Below are positions 1 through 10,699 of a stretch of 64,000 bases of DNA, one piece after another. How positions within the stretch are numbered: position 1 is the stretch's first letter; every line of letters begins with the position of its first letter. The stretch comes from a plasmid: sequence record CP113993.1; one strand, 5' to 3'. The translations under genes were made by a program, and so were the position numbers. The notes beneath the pieces are model-generated. The model did no database searches and was not told the DNA's origin. It saw only the letters and a program-made list of their open reading frames with translations.

Positions 1-258
1 TATTTTTCACTATGAGTCAAATTAATTTCGCTTTATGTTGCTAAAGAGAACTCACGAAGTTCTGTATAACAACCGGGACCTGGACGGTATAAATACTGAC
101 CAATTCTGAACCAGAGGTAACATGTATCATATACAGGATTGGATAACCAAACCACCAATTGAAAAATATTAATCAGGAATATTCATTAACGAAAGTAATT
201 ATTGAATACCAATTATCCATACTCCAGTCCCGGCCGAAAGGCCGGGGAGAATGACATA

Positions 259-627
259 TCAGTCAATACGAATGGCAATAATATATAACTTCACAGCATC
301 AAATTCTTTCACGATACGCCCCTGTACACCGACCTTCTGTTGTGGCGTTACCACCCGGCCAGCCCAGACGCTGGAAGGAATGATTAGCGTCATCTCACCA
401 CTTTTATCCCGGAAACGGTAATCCTCGCCCCCCAGTGACTGCACAATATGACCGTACAGTAACACTATTTGTCCTTCATCAATGACGGATGCTTTTTGTA
501 CCTGCCTAACTGTGGTAACGTTCTGCTGACGTGGCCCGACAAAACCACCGCCAAGAGACGTTTGAGCAGTATTACAGCCAGACAGCCCTGCCAATGCCAA
601 TGCCATGCCCCGTAAAAGATTGCTCAT
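259..627 (-). CDS. YgiW/YdeI-family OB-fold stress-induced lipoprotein (BOF family). The likely real start is the ATG at 627 (MSNLLRGMALALAGLSGC...) rather than the GTG at 645.
   Basis: Lipobox LAGLSGC follows a hydrophobic N-terminus. AAGGAG sits 6 nt upstream of the ATG at 627. Size (about 122 aa) and the motif DYRFRDKSGEMTLIIP are typical of the YgiW/BOF family. Confidence 0.55.
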   Translation of the reverse strand: MSNLLRGMALALAGLSGCNTAQTSLGGGFVGPRQQNVTTVRQVQKASVIDEGQIVLLYGHIVQSLGGEDYRFRDKSGEMTLIIPSSVWAGRVVTPQQKVGVQGRIVKEFDAVKLYIIAIRID

Positions 628-1049
628 ATCATAACTCCTTTTCACCTGATATATATTTTTTCTGAAAGAACAAGGTTGCGTCTTTTTAAGTTGCTCTCTT
701 TTGTTTTCCCGACATACAGCACTTCAGCCCATACAGGGAGAGGGTTTATGCCGGGTTTTGCTCACACCACAGGTCGTCAGATATCGGTAGCAGCAAACAC
801 TCATCAGCCCGGACTCGCCAGTTTAGAAAGGTTAAATACCACGGTTGCAAATATGAGACAACGATGTTACCAGCCAATCACAAAGTCGGGAGCTTTCATT
901 TTTTTACATTCCGTATTACGGCATTAATAAATCATTTTTTAATAGCAAAATATCTGCCCACCCTTGTGATGTTTCTTGCTTACCTTATATCATTAACGGC
1001 CTGACTGTCGTCTTGCTGCAAGTGATTTCAGTTTATCTGCATGTTATTT

Positions 1050-2200
1050 TCGTTATTTACGAATATATACCCGTGATCATTGAAGATGCTTGATTTTTCG
1101 GCAACAGGAGATCATGCTGCTCACCATGAAAATATTCATCACTGACCAACAAAAAGCTGAACTTGAGCGCCTTCACGATTCCAGTCGTGACGGGCGAGTC
1201 AGGGATCGTATTAAAGCCATTCTTCTGGCCTCCGAAGGCTGGAGTTCTGCCATGATTGCTCAGGCTTTGCGCCTGCATCAGACGACCGTTGACCACCATA
1301 TCAGCGAGTTTCTGAACAAAGGGAAGCTGAAGCCCGAAAACGGCGGCTCAGACAGTAAACTCAGTGCTGAACAAACAGCCTTTTTAATCAGTCAGTTAAC
1401 CGATAATTTGTTTCACCATGCCCGCGATGTTATTGCGTTTGTTGCCCGGACATGGAACATCGTTTTCAGCGTTCCGGGCATGAACAAGTGGCTGCATCGT
1501 AACGGCTTCACTTACAAAAAGCCGTCAGGCGTCCCCCATAAGTTCAGTGAAGAGAAACAAAGACAATTTATTGAATATTATGAGGAACTGAAAGAAACCG
1601 TGGGTGATGAACCGGTTCTTTTTATTGATGGAGTCCATCCAACTCAGGCCACTAAAATCAGCTACGGCTGGATATGCAAAGGCCAGAAAAAAGCAGTAAA
1701 AACAACAGGCAGTCGTACGCGGCTGAATATCATGGGGGCGCTGAATCTGAAGACCCCGGAATACCCGCTAATCTGCGAATATAAAACGATTAATGAATAT
1801 AACGTATCCCGTTTTTTCAATGAGATACGAAAGGTTTATCCTGATTACAACCAGAAAATTCACGTTATTCTGGATGGCGCAGGTTATCACCGTTCACAGT
1901 TAGTGAAAGACTGGGCGGAGGTGGTAAATATCAGGCTACATTATCTTCCACCTTACAGTCCGAACCTGAATCCGATAGAGCGAATGTGGAAGTTAATGAA
2001 CGAACATGCGCGGAATAATCGTTACTTCAGTAGTACGAAGGAATTCAGGGACGCAATATCTGAGTTTTTTAACCAGACGCTGCCGGATATAGCAGGTTCT
2101 CTGTCATCCCGAATTAATGATCACTTTCAGGTGCTGAAATCTGCATCTTGAGGTTTATTGGGTATATATTCAATATATTACCAAAATTCAGCTAATCGGA
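1050..2200 (+). mobile_element. IS630-family insertion sequence; boundaries approximate, inverted repeats not resolved
   Basis: A single transposase ORF with an N-terminal winged-helix and a C-terminal DDE_3 domain (DGAGYH, YSPNLNPIE motifs), flanked by AT-rich sequence. Confidence 0.6.
1114..2151 (+). CDS. IS630-family DDE transposase; start chosen at the ATG at 1114, which has an AGGAG ribosome-binding site
   Basis: Translation shows HTH_Tnp_IS630 and DDE_3 hallmarks. AGGAG lies 5 nt upstream of the ATG at 1114; the ORF track begins at a TTG at 1090. Confidence 0.8.
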   Translation: MLLTMKIFITDQQKAELERLHDSSRDGRVRDRIKAILLASEGWSSAMIAQALRLHQTTVDHHISEFLNKGKLKPENGGSDSKLSAEQTAFLISQLTDNLFHHARDVIAFVARTWNIVFSVPGMNKWLHRNGFTYKKPSGVPHKFSEEKQRQFIEYYEELKETVGDEPVLFIDGVHPTQATKISYGWICKGQKKAVKTTGSRTRLNIMGALNLKTPEYPLICEYKTINEYNVSRFFNEIRKVYPDYNQKIHVILDGAGYHRSQLVKDWAEVVNIRLHYLPPYSPNLNPIERMWKLMNEHARNNRYFSSTKEFRDAISEFFNQTLPDIAGSLSSRINDHFQVLKSAS

Positions 2201-2889
2201 GATAAAAGTCCGCAGCATGATTCCTCCGCTGACTTATATACGCCAGCATTTCTAATGTAAATTGGTGTTGGTGATTCGGACACTTCTCTCCTGCTCCTGA
2301 GAAGAATGTGTGTATCACCACATAAATAGACATTGACACAGCCAGGGTCTTGATCGACCTGGCCGCGTCCCTGTCCCCTTGGTATGCAGGGCTACACGGG
2401 GTGTGTCCATACTGTGAAAGTTACGGAAGGAATACAAAGGTAGCAAGCCATGTATTAAAATCACCTATATTTCAGCATACCCTAAGGCAGAAAGTTCGGC
2501 GATAAACAATGCCAATCGCTGGCGCCAGTATGAACACAGCGGCTATGATTAACACTTTTTCCGCCCCGGATTTTAATGATGTCCCTAACGACGACTGTAC
2601 CTGCCCTATAACCAGTCAGTGTACTGAAAACTATCCAGCTAACTCCAGGGTTAATCCACAGACAATATGTTAGCTGCTTCATTAAACCGGCTATTACAAC
2701 CACTTCATAACCATGCGGTCGTCATCCCAAAACAGGCGCCAAGCACTAGCAGGAGATTAACTTGACTCATATTTTTTTCACATCCTGGATTTAATCAGGC
2801 TATCCCCCCCCCTGCTGTCAATAACGCGGATCAACTACTGGCAATCTTATTACAGTCAATGACCGGCTATTACTCAAGATCGCAGATCC

Positions 2890-3295
2890 ATTAATTGGTG
2901 CTGAACGATCTGAGCGCCAGAATGCGACGTGCTGGGCACATCTCATGTGACGCAAGGAGCGATCCTCTGGGAGCAAAAACGGGAGAAATATTGTTTGGTC
3001 GCCCCAGCGTCCTCTGGAAATTGAGTTCGTGTTGTGTCAAAATCCAACCCACGTTCAGTTGATTAATTCGCAGGCCTTATCCGGCATGTGCACCAGCCAG
3101 ATTGCGTGTCATTGTCTGGAGCGCACCTTTTGATAAGGAATATCCAAGAAGATCAGGCTGGTCACAGAATGCGTTGATGGATCCAATATTGACAACTGTG
3201 ACCGAAGGAGTTTCTGGCCCGATTTCATCAAAAGTTCTCTTATATGCCCTTGCAGAGAGCGAGACGGTAGTGAACTTGCGGTACTAAGAATAAAC
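2890..3295 (-). pseudogene. C-terminal half of an SDR (short-chain dehydrogenase/reductase) gene, degenerate with an internal stop
   Basis: Minus-strand translation gives FTTVSLSARAYKRTFDEIGPETPSVTVVNIGSINAFCDQPDLLGYSLSKGALQTMTRNLAGAHAG, a stop, then GLRINQLNVGWILTQHE. These match the SDR NISS, YxxxK and IRVNAV.PGWI motifs. There is no start codon and the frame is broken. Confidence 0.4.
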
Positions 3296-3558
3296 TGTAC
3301 CGACTCTTCCTGGGCACTGGAATGTTCAGATGTACGACAGAGCCCTGCGCCTTTTGCAATAAATAATTAAAGGACTGGAACATTGCGACCACAGTAATAG
3401 CTGCCTTTAACGAATTTTTGACGTAATTCGCGTGTGAAAGAAGGGAATCGCCCCCCCCGGAACGATCCCCTGAAGGAATGGCAATTCCGTTCACCGCCAA
3501 TATTAGCTTTTTCCGGGCTGTGATAACATCTCCGGGTCATTTTTCAGAGCCAGGGCAG

Positions 3559-4536
3559 ATGAAGAAGAAAAACAGCACACCCACTCCTCACGATGCCACG
3601 TTCAGGCAGTTCCTGACGCAACCGGATATTGCCCGGGATTTCATGGAAATCCACCTGCCCGCAGAGCTGCGGGCCATCTGCGATCTCAGCACGCTGAAAC
3701 TGGAATCAGGCTCGTTTGTTGAGGATGACCTCCGCCAGTATTTCAGCGACGTCCTCTACAGCCTGAAAACCACAGCCGGTGACGGGTATGTTCACGTACT
3801 CATAGAACACCAGTCCTCCCCGGATAAGCATATGGCTTTCCGCCTGATACGCTATGCAGTGGCCGCCATGCAGCGCCACCTGGAGGCTGGCCATAAAAAA
3901 CTGCCACTGGTGATACCGGTGCTGTTCTATACGGGTAAGCGCAGCCCGTATCCGTACTCCACCCGGTGGCTGGATGAGTTTGACGCTCCGGCGCTGGCAG
4001 GCAAACTCTACAGCAGCGCTTTCCCGCTGGTAGACGTTACGGTCATTCCGGATGATGAAATCGCTGGTCATCGCAGCATGGCCGCCCTGACTTTACTACA
4101 AAAGCATATTCACCAGCGGGACCTGGCTGAACTGGTGGACCGGCTGGCGCCCATCTTGCTGGCCGGATATCTCTCTTCATCACAGGTAATATCGCTGGTA
4201 CACTATATAGTCCAGGCAGGCGAAACAGCCGACGCCGAAGCCTTTGTACGCGAACTGGCACAGCGTGTGCCGCAACACGGAGACGCATTAATGACCATCG
4301 CACAACAGCTCGAACAGAAGGGTATTGAAAAGGGACTGCAGCAGGGCCTGCAGCAGGGACTGCAGCAGGGCCTGCAGTTAGGGGAACAACGCGGCATTGA
4401 AAAAGGACGTTCAGAAGGTGAGCGCGAAGCGACACTGAAAATAGCCCGTACCATGCTCCGGAACGGCATTGAACGCAATACCGTCATGAAAATGACCGGT
4501 CTGACTGAAGACGACCTGGCGCAGATCCGCCACTAA
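3559..4536 (+). CDS. Rpn family recombination-promoting nuclease (YhgA-like PD-(D/E)XK, transposase_31 family), full length; copy A
   Basis: Start MKKKNSTPTPHDATFRQF fits Rpn N-termini. The N-terminal nuclease domain is present (VLIEHQSSPDKHMAFRLIRY). The C-terminal region carries a QQGL repeat and the IEKG...RNTVMKMTGLTEDDLAQIRH tail typical of Rpn paralogs. Confidence 0.85.
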   Translation: MKKKNSTPTPHDATFRQFLTQPDIARDFMEIHLPAELRAICDLSTLKLESGSFVEDDLRQYFSDVLYSLKTTAGDGYVHVLIEHQSSPDKHMAFRLIRYAVAAMQRHLEAGHKKLPLVIPVLFYTGKRSPYPYSTRWLDEFDAPALAGKLYSSAFPLVDVTVIPDDEIAGHRSMAALTLLQKHIHQRDLAELVDRLAPILLAGYLSSSQVISLVHYIVQAGETADAEAFVRELAQRVPQHGDALMTIAQQLEQKGIEKGLQQGLQQGLQQGLQLGEQRGIEKGRSEGEREATLKIARTMLRNGIERNTVMKMTGLTEDDLAQIRH

Positions 4537-4817
4537 TCCCCCTGGCACTCCCTGTCCGGCCATCAGCGAATACTGGTGGGACAGGGAGGTACCAGAGTCA
4601 GGCTCTGCCAGCCACAGCGATTAAACACCTTCATCCCCCCCCCCGCTACGTTCCCCGTCAGACGTGTTGTATTCACACTGGAGCACACGCCAGTATTCAG
4701 CAATATCGTTAAGTACCCGCGCCGTCATAACGGCATCTGCCACAGCCGAATGCGCCCGTCCGCTCCAGCTCAGGTCTGCCTGGCTGACAGCACTGGCCAG
4801 CGATATCGTGCCGTAAT
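3970..4817 (+). repeat. Copy A of an inverted repeat shared with 14952..15597: the 3' part of the rpn gene plus about 280 bp of the 3' end of a convergent exonuclease gene
   Basis: Direct comparison: the reverse complement of 4537..4817 matches 14952..15230 almost base for base. Protein-level identity continues from DEFDAPALAGKLYSSAFPLV through IRH. Confidence 0.8.
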
Positions 4818-4985
4818 ATTTTCGCGGCGGGGCACGCCGCGTTAGCCTGTGGGGAGATGGCAGTTTTAGGCCGCTTGATGAAACAGGAACCCACCGTGGT
4901 GAGTCTGACTGCGGTGTGAAGGCTGTAGGTATTCCCCGTCCTTCAGGGCGGGGAGGATATCAAGAGATCTCTGCTTCATGCATTA

Positions 4986-6323
4986 TTAGGCTTTATCCTC
5001 GGGGGCATTCAGTGGATACGGGTTTTTATGAATACGGTTGTAGTTGAGGGTATAGAGCGCAGTGATGACCATCAACGTAACAAATGACCACATAACCTCT
5101 TTTGCCCCGGATCCCACGACGGCCCAGATACAGTAAACGAAGGCTATAAAGGTAATTAGCAGATACACTGGTCGTGCTTTACCGAAATGACCATGACCGA
5201 GCAGCAGCAGTGCGGCGCAGGTATAGAGATAAGGTACAAGGGTAAATATAACCGAGACGGAAGAGACCAGACCAAACTCTTTTGCCGCATTCGGCGAAAT
5301 ACTGCTGAACTGGAATATGGTCATCAGTACTCCGATGATGAGCAGCCCGGCGGCCGGCGTACCGGCTTTGTTCACGCGAGAGAAAACAGGGGGGAACAAG
5401 CCATCGTCAGCGGCCGCCTTCGCCGTTTGACCGGCAAGCAGCGTCCAGCCACCGAGCGAACCAAGGCATCCGGCAGCCGCGCAAAACGATACGATAGCCC
5501 CTGCGGTGTCCCCCAGCGCCATACGTGCCGCATCACCGAAGGGAGAGGCTGAGACGCGCAGGGCGGCGTTAGGGATCATCCCCATGATAGCGGTTGTTGA
5601 CAGCACGTAGCAGACAGCGGCAATTAACACCCCACCAATTGTTGCAATAGGCACGTTACGTTTTGGATTCTTCACGACACCTGCAGCAACCGAGGCACTT
5701 TCAACGCCAATAAAGGACCATAATGTTACGCTCAACGTACTCTGGATAGCACCGAATGTGTTTAGTCCACTGACGTTCCAGGCCGCCATATAAGTTTCAC
5801 CGCGAAACCAGAACCAGCCAAAGACGGCAATCCCGACGATGGGGATCAGTGCCAGCACGGTGGCAACAGCCTGTACGCGGGTGATCATTTTGGGCCCGAC
5901 GATGTTCAACAGAACGAAAACCCACAGTACTGCCACACAAGTGATGGTCAACACCATAGGATCGTTAAGAATGGGGAAGAAGTAACTCAGATAGCCCACA
6001 CCAATCACCACCATGGCGATATTCCCCACCCAGCAAGCGAGCCAGTACAGGACGTTGGTCTGGTAACCTAAAAATGGTCCGAAACAGCGGCGGGCATAGG
6101 CGTATGAGCCACCGGGGCTGGGATCTAAGGACGACATTTTGGCATAGACCATTGAGAGTGCCAGCGCGCCGATAATGGTGACGAGCCATCCATAGATGGC
6201 AATCCCACCAGTTGCGGCTAGGTTAGCTGGTAACAAAAAAACTCCTGACCCCATGATATTTCCGGAAACCATCAGAGTGACGGGAACCAGACCCACTTTA
6301 TGCATATCTGTGTCGGTTGACAT
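4986..6323 (-). CDS. adiC: Arginine:agmatine antiporter AdiC (APC superfamily); start at the internal ATG ([12 protein letters not shown]...)
   Basis: Near-identity over the full length to E. coli AdiC as recalled ([36 protein letters not shown]...). The ORF track gives an over-extended 496-aa frame. Confidence 0.9.
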   Translation of the reverse strand: MSTDTDMHKVGLVPVTLMVSGNIMGSGVFLLPANLAATGGIAIYGWLVTIIGALALSMVYAKMSSLDPSPGGSYAYARRCFGPFLGYQTNVLYWLACWVGNIAMVVIGVGYLSYFFPILNDPMVLTITCVAVLWVFVLLNIVGPKMITRVQAVATVLALIPIVGIAVFGWFWFRGETYMAAWNVSGLNTFGAIQSTLSVTLWSFIGVESASVAAGVVKNPKRNVPIATIGGVLIAAVCYVLSTTAIMGMIPNAALRVSASPFGDAARMALGDTAGAIVSFCAAAGCLGSLGGWTLLAGQTAKAAADDGLFPPVFSRVNKAGTPAAGLLIIGVLMTIFQFSSISPNAAKEFGLVSSVSVIFTLVPYLYTCAALLLLGHGHFGKARPVYLLITFIAFVYCIWAVVGSGAKEVMWSFVTLMVITALYTLNYNRIHKNPYPLNAPEDKA

Positions 6324-6561
6324 ATATTTTCTCCTGAATGTCATTTCAGGGATAACAATACTGTGTGGCGCACATATTTTTAGGGACTGCGGGGAAGATA
6401 TACCTGTTGACGATATTATTATCGCTGATGCCAAAAGTCTGGTACTGCAGCCAGCTGCAGGGCAGCATGATGTCATGGAATTTGCTATCTTCTGCCCGGG
6501 GTAATGTTTTAAGACGGTCCCTTCAGGCCGTTGTCCAACATATTGATATTCAGAGAGACAT

Positions 6562-7635
6562 TCATTGTATCATCCACATCGTGAACCCGGATATCGTGGG
6601 GGATATAACGGCCGTTCTCACCACATTATCAAATGGGGGGGCCATGCCCCCTGGCTTGTCGTCATATCGGGTGTAGGTGATGAGCTTTCCCTGTACAAGG
6701 AGCTGTGTGGTTTGCCACAGCAGGATCACCATAGCGAAGTTGAAAAAAGCAAACAAAGGGAGTGCTAATATATGAAAAAAAACGGCATTACCATCATAAG
6801 CAAGATGTAACCCTGTTGCCGCCATGGCGGAGAGACCAAAAGAGAATCCCCAGAAGGACACATTAAATGGTTGTGAGAGATACCACGGCATCAGCCGTAA
6901 CAAAATAAGGAATTGCAACAGACCATAACCAAACAATACCATGACCAGGGTATCACATTCACCGCCATTGAGATTCAGCCAGGCACTGCTGCCTACCAGA
7001 GCGGGGGCCAGTTGGATGCCCAGCGAAGGGGGTAATCTGGCAGATAATGTCGTGCTGTAGCGTAAGCGCTGTAAAATTCTGGGTTCCAGACTTAACCAGG
7101 AAAGAAGTCCTGCCCCTAAAAATACCGTCCCCGCAGTATGATACCCAAAAGCCACACATGCTGTCGTTGCGATAAAATTACCTGCAACGGTAGGCAGATA
7201 TAGGACTGGTGTTACCATTTCTTCCGGGAAGGCGCCACGCCAGAATTCTGCTGACTGCCATACAGAATAAACCACCAGTGTGGTGATACCAATGCAGAAC
7301 ACGCCCGTAGCTAGCGGGCGGCTCCAGGGGATAATACCAGTGGCTATCAATAACGTTGTTGTAGGTAACAGACTCACAAAGTTGCTGTTTTCCGGATGGC
7401 GCATTTCTGCAAATACGCTACGGGGGTAGCGCAGGAAACGATATAAAAATGCCAGCGTTAGCATTCCCCATATAATCATGGCCAAGGCAACCAGTCCGTC
7501 ACCAACCCAGTGGCTTACCGGCCATATTCTGCTGGCGTAATCCCAGGTAAAACCTGTACTGATAATCCCCAGAACTATGCCGTAATAACTTACCGGAAGA
7601 TTCAGTATCAGGGCTGGTTTCTTTTCATTATACAT
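6562..7635 (-). CDS. TehA-like tellurite-resistance / C4-dicarboxylate transporter family (TDT) membrane protein
   Basis: Collinear similarity to E. coli TehA (LNLPAGYFGIVLG..., [39 protein letters not shown]). It sits in the position normally occupied by adiY. Confidence 0.75.
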   Translation of the reverse strand: MYNEKKPALILNLPVSYYGIVLGIISTGFTWDYASRIWPVSHWVGDGLVALAMIIWGMLTLAFLYRFLRYPRSVFAEMRHPENSNFVSLLPTTTLLIATGIIPWSRPLATGVFCIGITTLVVYSVWQSAEFWRGAFPEEMVTPVLYLPTVAGNFIATTACVAFGYHTAGTVFLGAGLLSWLSLEPRILQRLRYSTTLSARLPPSLGIQLAPALVGSSAWLNLNGGECDTLVMVLFGYGLLQFLILLRLMPWYLSQPFNVSFWGFSFGLSAMAATGLHLAYDGNAVFFHILALPLFAFFNFAMVILLWQTTQLLVQGKLITYTRYDDKPGGMAPPFDNVVRTAVISPTISGFTMWMIQ

Positions 7636-7876
7636 ACTGCTCCCCTTTTAATGTCTGGCGTATCATGACATTACACTGTCAGAATTAGCCCTGAATAACC
7701 AATGTCATAGTCAGTCCCGCGAAGCGGCACCGACAGCGATAAATAATTTTACCTTCGAACAGAAAATATTTGAGAGGGTAAAATGGTTCCGTGTGGTGCC
7801 TGGCAGGAAATGAAATGCCCTTCCAGGAGGCAGGGAACGGTGAGCCCTTCACTTTCGTAACTGCTTCTGACATATA

Positions 7877-7915
7877 AAACGCGGGGGTAACCCCGGTAAC
7901 CCCGCGTAAAAAAGA
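7877..7915. terminator. Bidirectional rho-independent terminator downstream of adiA
   Basis: Stem ACGCGGGG...CCCCGCGT with T/A runs on both sides, about 40 bp past the adiA stop. Confidence 0.5.
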
Positions 7916-7953
7916 CTCTGTTTTTACTCTGTTCTGTGTCAGAGTTTAATATT

Positions 7954-10221
7954 TCAGTCCTTTATGCACATAACGTGATAAACACCATCAATAATTTCGG
8001 TACCTTCGGTTTCATGTTCGAAACCAGGGAACTCATGATCCCAGGACTGCAGAGCACGAAGATAAGCAATCTGTGGGCTGGTACTGTCACCAAAGTTTTC
8101 CCCGGAGAGCAGCATAGGAATTCCCGGCGGATACGGGATGACGGAGTTGGCGGCGATGCGTTTTTGCAGTTCTTCAATAGCGACCATTTCGACGTTATCA
8201 GACACCATAGCCTGATAGGCATCGCGTGGGGTCATCATGGCTTCCGGAAGTGAAGCATAGGCGGCATTCAGGCTGGCACCAGGGTTGTTGGTTTTCAGCC
8301 AGGCGAACATTTTGTCACCCAAATCGTGAACGCCCATGGAACCATAAATATCCGGGTACTGATTTGCCAGCTCAGGCATCACCTGCGACAACGGTGCATT
8401 GCTGTCATAATGACGCTTAAAGGAGCACAATGTATTAATCAGCGTACCCCATTTACCGCGGGTGATCCCCATTGAGAAGAGGAACATTATCTGGAAGTCG
8501 GTGGTGCGGGTCGGTACGATGCCATGACGGCCAAGCCATGCGGTAACCAGTGCGGCCGGTACGCCGCTGTCCAGCAGGTTGCCGTCATCCCCCATACCCG
8601 GAGTCAGAATGCTGACCTTAATCGGGTCGAGCATGCTCCAGTTATCTGGCAGGCCGTTAAAGCCGTGCCAGGTTTCCCCTGGTCGCATGACCCAGCAGTT
8701 TTGATCGTGGCTTAACAGTTCGGCGGGGGCATCCTCAAAAGGTATCTCTTTACCGGTTTTCGGATCAATAACCGTCTCTTTGTTCCACGGCTTAAAAAAC
8801 CAGTCATTATTATCGGTAAACTCTCGATACAGACGCGCCATGGCCTGGCGGAAATCCACCGCCTCGTCGATTACTTCCTGAGTCAGAGTTAACCCACTGG
8901 TACCGTCCATCATTGACACCGCTACATCGTTGGATGCACAGATAGCGTACAGTGGCGAGGTGGTGGCGTGCATCATGTAGGCCTGGTTGAAACGGGAGAA
9001 GTTCACCGCACTACGCCCTTCACGAACATGAATGTAGGAGGCCTGAGATAGTGCATTTAGCAGCTTATGGGTAGAGTGGGTCGCGAACACGGTTGGGCCA
9101 CTATGATCGCTCGGGTTACCGCGCATGGCATAGTGGTCGGCATAAACCGGGTTGAACCGCGCGTAGCCGTACCAGGCTTCGTCAAAATGAATGCGGTCAC
9201 TGGTCTGCTCCAATAGTGACTGGGCGTTTTTGGCGTTGTAACACACGCCGTCGTAGGTACAGTTGGTCACGACACTATAGGACGGTTTATGCGCTGCATA
9301 TTCGCGCGTGAGCGGGCTGGTGCGGATTTTTTCCTGCAACGCTTCCGGCTGCATCTCCTGTGGGTAGATAGGCCCGATAATGCCGTAACGGTTTCGACTG
9401 GGTACCATGTAGATCGGTTTAGCGCCGGTGAGGATGAGCCCCTGTTCAATGGATTTATGGCAGTTACGGTCAATCACCACGACATCATGATCGGTCATGC
9501 AGGCCTGCATAATGGTCCGGTTAGAACCGGATGTTCCGACAACAACTGACCACGAGCGGTCAGCACCAAACACCCGGGCAGCGTTTTTTTCGCTCTCACC
9601 AAAGGCACCGGTGTGGTCCAGCAGAGAACCTAATGAGGCGCGTTCAATACCCATATCGGTACGGAACAGGTTTTCGCCGTAGTAGTCGCGGTACAGCCGA
9701 CCTGCTGGCGTTTTGGTAAAGCCGACGCCCCCCTGGTGACCCGGCGCAGCCCAGGAATATTCGTGGATCTCATTGTACTTCATCAGTGCCGAAAACAGAG
9801 GCGGTAACATCTGCTGGTGGTAGCGGGCCATTGCAGCGACGGCCCGTCCGGCGATGAAATCTGCAGAGTCCTCCAGAATCCAGGCGAACTCATCAATAAG
9901 CTCCATCAGCTGCCGGTCAATCAGCGCGGTAGCTTTCTCACGTTCACCCAGTAAAAAAACCGGTACGTTTTGCTGATGTTCGTTGAGCTTATCAAGCAAC
10001 TGGCGTACGCGTTGATGCTCCTCTTTTTCGTCCATCTGATAGCTGAACATCAGACAGCCGATAGGTTCGTTAGCGGCGACGATAGCGTAACCATCGTCGA
10101 GCGACGTGGACTGCATGACCTCAACATTCTGGCGGCGTAACGCTTCTGCCAGACGTGCTACCGCCGTACCGACCCAGGTGTCCTGGTGCAGAAATTCACT
10201 TTCAACAATTAATATTTTCAT
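7954..10221 (-). CDS. adiA: Biodegradative (acid-inducible) arginine decarboxylase AdiA, 755 aa
   Basis: Full-length collinear match to E. coli AdiA as recalled (MKVLIVESEFLHQDTWVG ... GTEIIDGIYHVMCVKA), same length. Confidence 0.92.
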   Translation of the reverse strand: MKILIVESEFLHQDTWVGTAVARLAEALRRQNVEVMQSTSLDDGYAIVAANEPIGCLMFSYQMDEKEEHQRVRQLLDKLNEHQQNVPVFLLGEREKATALIDRQLMELIDEFAWILEDSADFIAGRAVAAMARYHQQMLPPLFSALMKYNEIHEYSWAAPGHQGGVGFTKTPAGRLYRDYYGENLFRTDMGIERASLGSLLDHTGAFGESEKNAARVFGADRSWSVVVGTSGSNRTIMQACMTDHDVVVIDRNCHKSIEQGLILTGAKPIYMVPSRNRYGIIGPIYPQEMQPEALQEKIRTSPLTREYAAHKPSYSVVTNCTYDGVCYNAKNAQSLLEQTSDRIHFDEAWYGYARFNPVYADHYAMRGNPSDHSGPTVFATHSTHKLLNALSQASYIHVREGRSAVNFSRFNQAYMMHATTSPLYAICASNDVAVSMMDGTSGLTLTQEVIDEAVDFRQAMARLYREFTDNNDWFFKPWNKETVIDPKTGKEIPFEDAPAELLSHDQNCWVMRPGETWHGFNGLPDNWSMLDPIKVSILTPGMGDDGNLLDSGVPAALVTAWLGRHGIVPTRTTDFQIMFLFSMGITRGKWGTLINTLCSFKRHYDSNAPLSQVMPELANQYPDIYGSMGVHDLGDKMFAWLKTNNPGASLNAAYASLPEAMMTPRDAYQAMVSDNVEMVAIEELQKRIAANSVIPYPPGIPMLLSGENFGDSTSPQIAYLRALQSWDHEFPGFEHETEGTEIIDGVYHVMCIKD

Positions 10222-10622
10222 ACACTTTACTTCCTTTATTGTGTTGTGAACATGATAATGAGTAATAAGTTGCGTATTGTACGGAGTAAATAAATCTCTG
10301 GAAGTTATCGACAGGCGGGTTATTATTATGGCTGATTCTGATATTTGTTGTTAAAAGGTCCTGCGATTTTCCATAAATACAGACCAGAGCTTACCTTACT
10401 TTAAAGACTGTGAATGTTTATATGAAAGGCCGTATGAGTGATACTGGTAAAATATGAAGAAAGATGCGCGATTGACGAAATTAAGTTGCCCTGAAAATTA
10501 TCATGCGTACACTCCACCACCGTTGATGACACTAATAGTTTAATTCTCAGGTGAGTACCAGAATGCGTTAAAGACCTTCCAAAGGCGTTTGCCTTGTCAA
10601 AATCACCTCCAGTCACATTTAT

Positions 10623-10699
10623 CCGCCACTAGCTCAGCAGGACAGAGCAAATAACCCCGAGGTTGTAGGTGCGAGGTTCGAGGCCTCGGTGGCGGACCA
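10623..10699 (+). tRNA. 77-nt tRNA-like element with a degenerate anticodon arm, loop CCCCGAG (possible CCG anticodon, Arg-like D-arm). Possible pseudo-tRNA or island attachment relic.
   Basis: Folded by eye: perfect 7-bp acceptor stem (CCGCCAC/GTGGCGG), D-arm GCTC-AGCAGGACA-GAGC, T-arm CGAGG-TTCGAGG-CCTCG, discriminator A plus CCA. The anticodon stem does not pair canonically. Confidence 0.4.

Noticed and set aside
676-927. 83-aa ORF between the ygiW-like gene and the IS630 element
   Set aside because: No ribosome-binding site and low-complexity composition. It overlaps the probable promoter region and has no family resemblance.
2509-2682. 57-codon Cys-containing ORF (MPIAGASMNTAAMINTFSAPDFNDVPNDDCTCPITSQCTENYPANSRVNPQTIC), considered as a RiPP-type precursor
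   Set aside because: No Shine-Dalgarno sequence, no neighbouring modification or export genes, and it lies in a decayed region. It cannot be supported beyond chance.
6196-6768. ORFs 6196..6504, 6365..6676 and 6565..6768 in and around the adiC / tehA-like intergenic region
   Set aside because: They overlap the adiC 5' end or the tehA-like 3' end in alternative frames. They have no ribosome-binding site or homology and are likely spurious.
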